In this document: positions 49,348 to 55,882 of the stretch, in pieces | Numbering within the stretch: position 1 is the first letter of the stretch | Layout: each line of letters opens with the position of its first letter | From: a virus | Length of the DNA stretch: 55,882 bases | Direction: 5' to 3' (one strand) | IMG/VR virus record: IMGVR_UViG_3300045988_066911 | Span: 1-55,882 of that record | The notes under the pieces: model-generated | The model's input: only the letters and a program-made list of their open reading frames with translations | Database searches by the model: none | Told to the model about the DNA's origin: nothing | Translations under genes and position numbers: made by a program

Positions 49348-49494
49348 ATGGATTTGCGAAATTATGTGTTAGGGGGTTACGACGTGGAAGAGAAGAGGAA
49401 GAAGTTGTGCGACATGATCGCGCGCATTACAAATGAGAAATTGATGGACTACTTGATTAGGTTTATTGAGTTAGCCATCAAAGAGTGGAACTGA
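49348..49494 (+). CDS. hypothetical 48-aa protein, probably on a leaderless mRNA
   Basis: ATG 49348 lies 7 nt after the -10 box. The track start at 49252 is upstream of the promoter. Confidence 0.45.
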   Translation: MDLRNYVLGGYDVEEKRKKLCDMIARITNEKLMDYLIRFIELAIKEWN

Positions 49495-49497
49495 GAA

Positions 49498-49529
49498 AAG
49501 GCAGAGAAAAAATCTCTGCCTTTATTTTT
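49498..49529. terminator. bidirectional intrinsic terminator between convergent genes
   Basis: AAGGCAGAGA-AAAAA-TCTCTGCCTT flanked by A-run and T-run. Confidence 0.75.
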
Positions 49530-49893
49530 ATATTATTCTATACAAGCCAAAAATCATTAAAATTATTAAAATTATAAACAATACAACCGAAAACCAAGAG
49601 CAAGCGTGAATGTGATTATCATATTTTTTAGATTGTCCGATTGCCAAATCTATCACAGAAATAATAAATCCTACAATAATCAAAAATCCAAAAGTGAAAA
49701 AACCAACAAGACTGATTATTCCAGATAATGCGCTCAATGGGCTTTCAGTTTTCTTTTTTTGTTTTGTATCAATTTGAATATTTCTTTGAGGTTGAAACTG
49801 TAATCCGCAATAAATGCAGAAAGCAGATCCATAAGGAATATATTGATTGCACCTAGGACATATCATATAATTATTAGATTGCTGATTATCCAT
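49528..49893 (-). CDS. zinc-ribbon plus two-TM membrane protein (lysogeny-module moron; possible superinfection exclusion)
   Basis: CPRCNQ...CIYCG zinc ribbon followed by hydrophobic segments. The gene is downstream of, and co-oriented with, the repressor gene. Confidence 0.55.
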   Translation of the reverse strand: MDNQQSNNYMICPRCNQYIPYGSAFCIYCGLQFQPQRNIQIDTKQKKKTESPLSALSGIISLVGFFTFGFLIIVGFIISVIDLAIGQSKKYDNHIHACSWFSVVLFIILIILMIFGLYRII

Positions 49894-49909
49894 ATAAAAT
49901 CCCCCTTTA

Positions 49910-50218
49910 TCATTTATTCATGCTGCGCATTATTTGCATAATAGCCTTTTGATCTGCTTCTGAAAGTGAAGAGTATAATTTGATTAGTTCAAAATGTTCG
50001 TCCGCCATTGACAAAGATGGTACTTCCGACTTCTTTCCCATCATATAATCTGTCGTAACGCCGAAATATTTTGCAATTTTCTCAATTTTATCCATCTTAG
50101 GCGTAGACTTTCCTTTTTTCCAATCCGAAAACGTCATATTAGATATTCCTGTAGCTCTTGCAACATCTGCACTTTTTACTCCATTCATGTCTAGTAATTT
50201 TTGGTATATTTCGTACAT
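49910..50218 (-). CDS. XRE-family HTH repressor (cI-like)
   Basis: SADVARATGISNMTFSDWKKGKSTPKMDKIEKIAKYFGV HTH_3 pattern; GGAGGTG RBS; divergent from the cro-like gene. Confidence 0.8.
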   Translation of the reverse strand: MYEIYQKLLDMNGVKSADVARATGISNMTFSDWKKGKSTPKMDKIEKIAKYFGVTTDYMMGKKSEVPSLSMADEHFELIKLYSSLSEADQKAIMQIMRSMNK

Positions 50219-50239
50219 TTTACGCGCACCTCCAAAATA

Positions 50240-50375
50240 TTAAGGAAATCTTTAATTTTCTATTGACAATTAAAGAAAACCATAATATACTAGACCTAGA
50301 TTAAGGAAATCCTTAAAACCTAGGCTGTTTTGTTATATTGTTATTCGACGATTTCATTATAACGGATTTCCTTAA
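50240..50375. promoter_or_regulatory. three 16-bp operators (TTAAGGAAATCCTTAA dyad)
   Basis: 50240-55 (one mismatch), 50301-16 (perfect) and 50360-75 (two mismatches), with a half-site at 50392-99. Confidence 0.75.
50263..50291 (+). promoter_or_regulatory. rightward (lytic, cro-side) promoter
   Basis: TTGACA (50263-68), 17 nt, TATACT (50286-91). Confidence 0.65.
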
Positions 50376-50384
50376 TAATTGCAA
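50356..50384 (-). promoter_or_regulatory. leftward (repressor-side) promoter, face-to-face with the rightward promoter
   Basis: Minus strand: TTGCAA (50379-84), 17 nt, TATAAT (50356-61). An operator is embedded in the spacer. Confidence 0.6.
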
Positions 50385-50411
50385 TGAATTTTTAAGGAAA
50401 GGAGAAGTTTT

Positions 50412-50642
50412 ATGTCGAAAATCAGAAAATATGGTCAATCATATTCAAAATTCGAGAAGAAATTATCTGAAAAAGGAATTACCCCTTACAGAGTAGCAAC
50501 AGATCTTAATATTTCGCCAATGCTTTTATCAGATTGGAAAAATGATAAAAGCAAGCCAAAGTTAGACACAATGATTTTAATTGCGAATTATTTGTCTATG
50601 CCGGTTACAGATTTTTCAGATTTAGAAAGCGAGGTGGAATAA
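50412..50642 (+). CDS. XRE-family HTH protein (Cro-like)
   Basis: ITPYRVATDLNISPMLLSDWKNDKSKPKLDTMILIANYL pattern; AAGGAAAGGAG RBS. Confidence 0.75.
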   Translation: MSKIRKYGQSYSKFEKKLSEKGITPYRVATDLNISPMLLSDWKNDKSKPKLDTMILIANYLSMPVTDFSDLESEVE

Positions 50643-50788
50643 TGAGAAAAATCGAAGCAATTAAAGAAGTAACCGTGGATGAAGCAAACAAGTTGCTTGA
50701 TGATGGGTGGACATATCTCAACATGAACACATCCACCACACCAACAATCTACATTATGGCAAAGGTTATTGAAACCGAGCAAGGGTAA
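50642..50788 (+). CDS. hypothetical 48-aa protein (DGW motif family)
   Basis: TAATG overlap start; read manually; VTVDEANKLLDDGWTYLNM. Confidence 0.45.
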   Translation: MRKIEAIKEVTVDEANKLLDDGWTYLNMNTSTTPTIYIMAKVIETEQG

Positions 50789-50930
50789 ATTCCGTGCCGG
50801 ATTCTTTTTCGAATGGGTCCGAATAACTGCACACATTTATTAGTTTCCAACCATCTTTTATCAAATTGTTGCAGGTTTCTTCCACTCGAACAAGCCTTAC
50901 CTCTGTAACTTTTGTTAAATCAATATCCAT
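50766..50930 (-). CDS. hypothetical 54-aa protein (DGW motif family, paralog of 50642..50788)
   Basis: GGGAGGTG RBS before MDIDLTKV...; VRVEETCNNLIKDGWKLINV; overlaps the convergent paralog by 23 nt. Confidence 0.5.
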   Translation of the reverse strand: MDIDLTKVTEVRLVRVEETCNNLIKDGWKLINVCSYSDPFEKESGTEFTLARFQ

Positions 50931-50983
50931 GGCAACACCTCCCTTCGTTTTATAAGGAGAGTATAACACAGAAAGGAGTAGAA

Positions 50984-51757
50984 ATGAACGAATTACAGAT
51001 TTTTAACAACGAAGAATTTGGAGAAATTCGAACAGTAGTAGCGAATAATGAACCTATGTTTTGCCTGTCTGATGTGTGCAAAGCATTAGAAATATCTAAT
51101 GTAGGAAATGTTAAGCAGAGGTTATCCGAAAAGGGTATCCATACTGCGGATACCCCTACAAAGGGTGGAATGCAGAAAATGACATTTATCAGTGAAGCAA
51201 ACCTTTACAAGACAATCTTTCAAAGCAGGAAAGAATCCGCAGAACGTTTTACAGATTGGGTAACATCAGAGGTTCTTCCTTCAATTCGTAAAAATGGAGG
51301 TTATATAGCCGGGCAAGAAACACTATCTGACGATGAATTGCTTTCAAAGGCGTTGCTTGTGGCACATAACAAGATCGCCGAAAGAGACAAGATTATCGAG
51401 CAGAAACAGGAAAGAATTGAACAGATGAAACCAAAGGCGATATTTGCGGATGCAGTGGCAACAAGCCATACCTCTATTCTTATCGGAGATTTGGCAAAAT
51501 TGATTTGTCAGAATGGATATCAGATCGGACAGAAGCGGTTGTTTGAGTGGCTTCGGAACAATGGGTATCTGTGTAAGAGCGGTTCGTCACGAAACATGCC
51601 GATGCAGAGATATGTCGAACAGGGATTGTTTGAAGTGAAAGAAAGCAACGTGCAGAACCCGGATGGAAGCGTGAGAATCACACGCACAACTAAGATTACA
51701 GGCAAAGGGCAGCTGTATTTTGTGAATAAATTTTTAGGAAGGGAGAATGTGGAGTGA
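50984..51757 (+). CDS. antirepressor (Bro-N domain plus KilA-C/ANT domain)
   Basis: MNELQIFNNEEFGEIRTV...PMFCLSDVCKALE (Bro-N) and the C-terminal IFADAVATS...LFEWLRNNGYL pattern; AAAGGAG RBS. Confidence 0.8.
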   Translation: MNELQIFNNEEFGEIRTVVANNEPMFCLSDVCKALEISNVGNVKQRLSEKGIHTADTPTKGGMQKMTFISEANLYKTIFQSRKESAERFTDWVTSEVLPSIRKNGGYIAGQETLSDDELLSKALLVAHNKIAERDKIIEQKQERIEQMKPKAIFADAVATSHTSILIGDLAKLICQNGYQIGQKRLFEWLRNNGYLCKSGSSRNMPMQRYVEQGLFEVKESNVQNPDGSVRITRTTKITGKGQLYFVNKFLGRENVE

Positions 51758-51927
51758 AGCAACCCAAGAAACTCACAAGAACGCAGAAAGAAATCGTCCA
51801 TTCGCAAGGCTATAACGTAGATGAATGGATGGTTCGGAGAGAAACGGAGTTCCATTTGTTTTTGGTTCACAAGGACACAGGGAGAAGAGTAACCATTGAT
51901 AATTATATTCGGAGGGCAAGAAGATGA
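51754..51927 (+). CDS. hypothetical 57-aa protein (KLTRTQKE...W.V.RE family)
   Basis: GTGA overlap start; read manually; resembles a recurrent small protein family of Firmicutes mobile elements. Confidence 0.45.
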   Translation: MKQPKKLTRTQKEIVHSQGYNVDEWMVRRETEFHLFLVHKDTGRRVTIDNYIRRARR

Positions 51928-52178
51928 GCAGATTCAATCCATACGTGGTTTCCGGAGGCATTATGGCACTCGCGGGCGCATATTCGATTACGGATGAGTT
52001 TCGGTTGGCCCCGAAGATTATCTTAATTATCGGAATGGTACTTATGATCTATGGATATTGGAACTATGACAAGATCAGTAAGGCATTAAGAATTTATAGA
52101 AAAATGGAAGGGAGAAATAAAAGAAATGGGAGAAGTAAAGAATATGTTCGATTTGAAAAATCTGCATTTGGAAGATGA
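51924..52178 (+). CDS. small membrane protein
   Basis: ATGA overlap; two hydrophobic segments. Confidence 0.5.
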   Translation: MSRFNPYVVSGGIMALAGAYSITDEFRLAPKIILIIGMVLMIYGYWNYDKISKALRIYRKMEGRNKRNGRSKEYVRFEKSAFGR

Positions 52179-52485
52179 AGTGAATGAGGAAGTTTCCTTC
52201 AAGAAAGGGTTTGCAGAATACGTTGAGAACACAAAGAATGCATCTGTTGATACCTTGACAGCGGAATTTAAGAATTTCCCAATGTTTAAGGTATATGCCG
52301 GAGCGGTAAGAGCTGGCGCAGATAACGAGACTACAACACGCTTGATTGGTTCAATGGTCCTTGGTAGGTCGATTGTGGACGAGAAATTCGGAGATCGGCT
52401 GAGCAAGGTTTCACACGACCTTACGTTTAGCACAATCGACGAAATTATGAGAAAGGAGATTCAACATGAAAAAGATAAGAATTAA
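52126..52485 (+). CDS. hypothetical protein
   Basis: 119-aa ORF; start uncertain (ATG 52126 or 52144). Confidence 0.5.
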   Translation: MGEVKNMFDLKNLHLEDEVNEEVSFKKGFAEYVENTKNASVDTLTAEFKNFPMFKVYAGAVRAGADNETTTRLIGSMVLGRSIVDEKFGDRLSKVSHDLTFSTIDEIMRKEIQHEKDKN

Positions 52486-54415
52486 GCATATTTTTTTGCA
52501 GAATTTCGGTAAATTCTTTGGTGCAAATACTGTTGATACTGACATTCCAAATAGAACAGAGATTTGCGGAGTGAATGAATCAGGAAAGACAACCATTAAG
52601 CGCGCTGTGCAGTATGTGCTTAATTGCCGGGATGATAACGGCAAGGAAATTACAGGAATCCGACCGCATGATGAATCCGGAAATGATTATTCAGGAATCG
52701 AGACAACGTGTGAAGTTACGTTTGAGCTAGATGGAAAAGAGAAAGAACTGAAAAAAGTATTCAGAGAGAGAATCGACAAGAACGGAGATTTCGCTGGGAA
52801 TATCACGGATTCGTACATCAATGACGTTCCAAAAAAGGTTAAGGACTACGCAGAGTTCCTTGAAGATAGTTTTTTAGATGCTGACAAGCTACAGTATTGC
52901 TTGAATGCACAATCACTGTTGAAAAAGTCACCGGCAGACCAACGAACTGTGTTGGAAAAGACATTCGGAGATAAAACGACATTAGATATTGCACAGGAAG
53001 ATGAACAGTTTGCACCTATTGTACCGATGCTTGCGGATGGAACAATTAAGGAACTGAAAGAGCGTTGCAATCGTACTCTGAATGGTTCACGTGGAAGATC
53101 GTCGTCTAAAGGACTTCGGCAGATTGCAGATGAATATGCACCACGTATCGACGAATTGATGAAGCAAAAGATGGATATTGACGTGTCACAGTTGCAGTCG
53201 ATGAAGTCAGATATTGAATCCAAGATTGAAGATGTGAACGCCAAAATCAAGGATGCATCGGCGGAACATGACGCATTAGGACAGGAGATTTTGAACCTTA
53301 AATTTGAACTGTCCGGCTTGCAAAACAAGGCGAACGGGAACCTTGATGATACTAGAGCGGAGCTTACGCAGAAGTCGTTTGATGTCAACGAGAAATTGAT
53401 TGCACTGAAGAATCTGCAAAACGATCGTTTGCGCATGAAAGAGAGCCTTGAAGCGGAATTTAAGCGACATGTTGCTTTTCGTGAGCAATATGCCGAAGAG
53501 TGGAAGCGAACCAACGCAGAAACAATCGGAGAAAATGACACGATCTGTCCTACTTGCCATAGAGAGTTGGAGAATGCCGACGAAATCCGGGAGAGGTACG
53601 AAGAGACAAAGAAACAGAGACTTGACAACATTGTTGCAAGTGGGAACTTCGAGAAGTCCGAAATCGACCGCTGCAAGGCAGAGATTGAACAGACAGAGAA
53701 GCAAATACAGGAACAGGGAAAGAAAGTATCTGAATTACAGGCAGAATATGACTCGCTGAATAATCGTATAGATGGTATGCCGGTGTGCGTTGATATTACG
53801 AACACTTCCGAATACAAGAAAGTCAAGTCGGAATTGGACGAAAAAGAAGCACTTTATAATAAGGAAGCGATTGGCTCAAATTTGACCGATTCTTTGAAAG
53901 AGGAACTTAAAAAACTGCAACATGATCTGTTGGATGTGACGGAGAAAATCGGAAAGGCATCGGTCAATGATTATATTGACAAACAGATATCACAGCTTCG
54001 TGAACAGCAGAGAGACACACAGCAGAAGATCGCCGATCAGGAATCAATTCTTGATTTATTGAAGAAACTTGACCGAAAGAAAAACGAGATTCTTTCGGAA
54101 AATGTAAATCAGTATTTGGAATTTTGCAAAGTGCGGTTATTCAGACCGCTTATCAACGGAGATACAGAAGAGTGTTGCGAGTTCATATATAAGGGAGAAC
54201 CATATAACCGCAATATGAACCATGGTGCGAAGTTGCTTACAGAGATTGATATTTGCCGTGCATTCCAGCGTAAGAATGATGTGGAAATGCCAATCATCAT
54301 TGACGATACGGAATCCCTGGATGCATGGAGAATCCCGGAGATTGACACACAGTTGATTGTTATTCGCAGAACGGACGACAAGGAACTGATTATTAAGGAT
54401 ATGGAGGAAAAGTAA
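52466..54415 (+). CDS. SbcC/Rad50-like AAA ATPase with coiled coil and CxxC zinc-hook-like motif
   Basis: Walker A (GVNESGKTT), a long coiled coil containing DTICPTCHREL, and Walker B/D-loop (PIIIDDTESLD). Confidence 0.75.
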   Translation: MKKIRIKHIFLQNFGKFFGANTVDTDIPNRTEICGVNESGKTTIKRAVQYVLNCRDDNGKEITGIRPHDESGNDYSGIETTCEVTFELDGKEKELKKVFRERIDKNGDFAGNITDSYINDVPKKVKDYAEFLEDSFLDADKLQYCLNAQSLLKKSPADQRTVLEKTFGDKTTLDIAQEDEQFAPIVPMLADGTIKELKERCNRTLNGSRGRSSSKGLRQIADEYAPRIDELMKQKMDIDVSQLQSMKSDIESKIEDVNAKIKDASAEHDALGQEILNLKFELSGLQNKANGNLDDTRAELTQKSFDVNEKLIALKNLQNDRLRMKESLEAEFKRHVAFREQYAEEWKRTNAETIGENDTICPTCHRELENADEIRERYEETKKQRLDNIVASGNFEKSEIDRCKAEIEQTEKQIQEQGKKVSELQAEYDSLNNRIDGMPVCVDITNTSEYKKVKSELDEKEALYNKEAIGSNLTDSLKEELKKLQHDLLDVTEKIGKASVNDYIDKQISQLREQQRDTQQKIADQESILDLLKKLDRKKNEILSENVNQYLEFCKVRLFRPLINGDTEECCEFIYKGEPYNRNMNHGAKLLTEIDICRAFQRKNDVEMPIIIDDTESLDAWRIPEIDTQLIVIRRTDDKELIIKDMEEK

Positions 54416-54416
54416 T

Positions 54417-55466
54417 ATGGCAGAGAATACACAGGTAGCAGAGAAGAAAGAATTTACCACTTCGTTAAGTGAGTGGAGCAATGCAATGACAGGATTGATT
54501 ATCGAAGATTATAAGTCTTGCGGGATGAAGATGGATGATTACTCGAAAGAGTGCGCTATGGAAGCAATGACAAGTATTTACAACCTTGTCAAAAACGACC
54601 CGAAGATTAGCGGTATGGGAAACCTTGATACAAGCAATTTAAGAGGAATTGTAAAGCGTTGCGCATCTCTTAAATTGAACGCAAGCGCATATCCGAGAGA
54701 GTGTTATTTCCAGCTTCGAAGTGTAAAAGTCGGAATAGACCCACAGACGGACAAAGACGTATGGCAGAAACAGGTAGAAATGGGGATCGAGGGCAGCGGC
54801 TACGATTCACTGCTTGCTAATTATGGCAAGGATGTAAAACAGGTATATCCATATTGGGTAATTAAGGAAGGAGATGTATATATCCCACCAAAACACAAAG
54901 GACTTACAGTTACAGAACCGGAATGGGAAGAAAAATTCTTGTCAGATAAGGCTGTAAGGGTTGTATATCCTGTGAAGTTGACTGATGGGAATATCACATA
55001 TCTTTCGGCAGACCGCGACAGCGTAAAAATCAACCTTATGGCGCATGTTAAACAAAACATGATGAACGTTACTTTTGGAATTTGCACTGATAGATACAAA
55101 GCAACCGAAAAGCAGAAAGCAGAAATCAAAGCAAAAAAAGAAGAGATTCTTAATGATCTTAGAGCGTGCAAAACGGTTGATGAAATGCTTAAATGCGAGA
55201 TTGCAAGACCATATATCAGCGGTGCATGGCTTGATACGCCGGAAAGCATGATTGTCCGTAAGATGTGCAACAATGCGACGAAAAAATATCCAAAGAATTA
55301 CGATCCTATGGCGCGACAGGCACAGATGGAAATGGATGAGGTATATCAGATTTCAAAAAACGAGATTGAAGAAAACGCCAATTCCGTTGACTTCGACGAG
55401 GATGTTGTAGATTCAGAAATTTTGAGTGAAGAATCGGCAGAACCGGAATTTATGAAGGGGGAGTAA
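54417..55466 (+). CDS. RecT/Redbeta-family single-strand annealing protein (putative)
   Basis: Size, position beside the ATPase and nuclease genes, and a central IEGSGYDSLLANYGKDVKQVY...VIKEGD pattern resembling RecT. Confidence 0.5.
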   Translation: MAENTQVAEKKEFTTSLSEWSNAMTGLIIEDYKSCGMKMDDYSKECAMEAMTSIYNLVKNDPKISGMGNLDTSNLRGIVKRCASLKLNASAYPRECYFQLRSVKVGIDPQTDKDVWQKQVEMGIEGSGYDSLLANYGKDVKQVYPYWVIKEGDVYIPPKHKGLTVTEPEWEEKFLSDKAVRVVYPVKLTDGNITYLSADRDSVKINLMAHVKQNMMNVTFGICTDRYKATEKQKAEIKAKKEEILNDLRACKTVDEMLKCEIARPYISGAWLDTPESMIVRKMCNNATKKYPKNYDPMARQAQMEMDEVYQISKNEIEENANSVDFDEDVVDSEILSEESAEPEFMKGE

Positions 55467-55468
55467 GG

Positions 55469-55738
55469 ATGAGAGTAATTTCGCAGAACGGAACAATGGA
55501 TTTTCCGTACGATAACAGTTTGGTTTTTCTGCATGAAAGCTGCATAAAAGGAAATACTTGCGTAGAAATACAATTATATGGAGGCACGGAGATTGACACT
55601 GTAGCTGAATATTCCACCGAAGCAAAGGCAATTAAGGCTATGGAAATGCTTAAGGAGCATTATAGCTTGCTTTCGTTTATGAAGCTTATAGCAGGTATGG
55701 CAAAATATGAAAGCCTTATTGAAAGCTTTACCGGATGA
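55469..55738 (+). CDS. hypothetical protein
   Basis: GGGGGAG RBS; 89 aa. Confidence 0.55.
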   Translation: MRVISQNGTMDFPYDNSLVFLHESCIKGNTCVEIQLYGGTEIDTVAEYSTEAKAIKAMEMLKEHYSLLSFMKLIAGMAKYESLIESFTG

Positions 55739-55756
55739 TGAAATCGAGGTGTGAGT

Positions 55757-55882
55757 ATGAGGTTAAAATGTTTAGGCTCATCGTCAGCCGGTAATTGCTA
55801 TCTGCTAATTTCCGACAGTGGAGAAACACTTATCCTTGATTGCGGAATACCGATTAAGGAGATTAAGAAAGGCTTGAATTGG
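55757..55882 (+). CDS. MBL-fold metallo-hydrolase, 5' part (continues at position 56 of the window after removal of the 55-bp overlap)
   Basis: ATG 55757 preceded by GAGGTG. MRLKCLGSSSAGNCYLLISDSGETLILDCG is a typical MBL N-terminus and runs in frame into the terminal repeat. Confidence 0.8.
   Translation, partial: MRLKCLGSSSAGNCYLLISDSGETLILDCGIPIKEIKKGLNW
55828..55882. repeat. 55-bp terminal direct repeat, identical to 1..55
   Basis: Read directly. Confidence 0.95.

Noticed and set aside
52846-53826. 326-aa minus-strand ORF, plus many other long antisense ORFs such as 40767..41393, 31287..31790, 38658..39119, 54821..55273 and 16160..16570.
   Set aside because: They lie entirely antisense to well-supported + strand genes (ATPase, tape measure, portal, RecT). 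They have no RBS and their composition is Ser/Cys/Phe/Leu-rich, as expected for shadow frames.
1-55882. Genome-wide stop-codon reassignment (TGA or TAG recoding), as seen in some gut phages.
   Set aside because: All long structural and replication genes are intact in the standard code. TGA, TAG and TAA are all used as genuine terminators followed by an RBS and start. No suppressor-type anticodon (UCA, CUA or a clear UUA) was found in a canonical tRNA. Only the single TGA at 11055 is suspicious.

Overview
The window is a complete, circularly closed dsDNA phage genome of about 55.83 kb. Bases 1-55 are identical to 55828-55882 (an assembler-style overlap), and an MBL-fold hydrolase gene reads across the junction. 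Gene content indicates a temperate siphovirus-type phage of a Firmicutes/Clostridia-like host. The host call rests on strong GGAGG ribosome-binding sites, an amidase endolysin with three ChW-type repeats, an XhlA-like protein, two YopX proteins, and large and small serine recombinases.

Layout on the + strand unless stated:
- cI/cro-type switch at 49.9-50.6 kb.
- Early, recombination and replication genes from 50.6 kb across the junction to about 11.4 kb: Bro-N/KilAC antirepressor, SbcC/Rad50-like ATPase, RecT-like protein, MBL hydrolase, SSB, GIY-YIG nuclease, MazG-like protein, DnaD-like organizer and DnaC-like loader.
- Large serine integrase at 11.6-13.0 kb.
- Cassette of compositionally odd genes at 13.1-16.9 kb.
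- Mostly minus-strand accessory island at 16.9-19.2 kb, containing a GC-rich GATC-dense ORF-free block, a candidate type II hammerhead ribozyme and an RHH-controlled operator array.
- TerS-like gene at 20.5 kb.
- Small serine recombinase at 23.0 kb.
- ORF-free RNA locus of about 1.35 kb at 23.58-24.93 kb, with two canonical tRNAs (Gln-UUG, Ser-GCU) and at least four tRNA-shaped cloverleaves whose anticodon arms are expanded or replaced.
- HNH endonuclease, TerL, portal, scaffold, capsid, tail, 1490-aa tape measure and tail fibers at 24.9-47.8 kb.
- Decayed tyrosine-recombinase fragment and the endolysin at 47.8-49.2 kb.

The observations I rank highest are the non-canonical tRNA-like array, the hammerhead candidate, a thrice-repeated composite dyad element (TTGTCCGGACA core with covarying flanks), the GATC/AGATCAGC island, and an in-frame TGA inside a modular zinc-ribbon gene.

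All functional calls come from motif recognition by eye. No database search or folding program was run.
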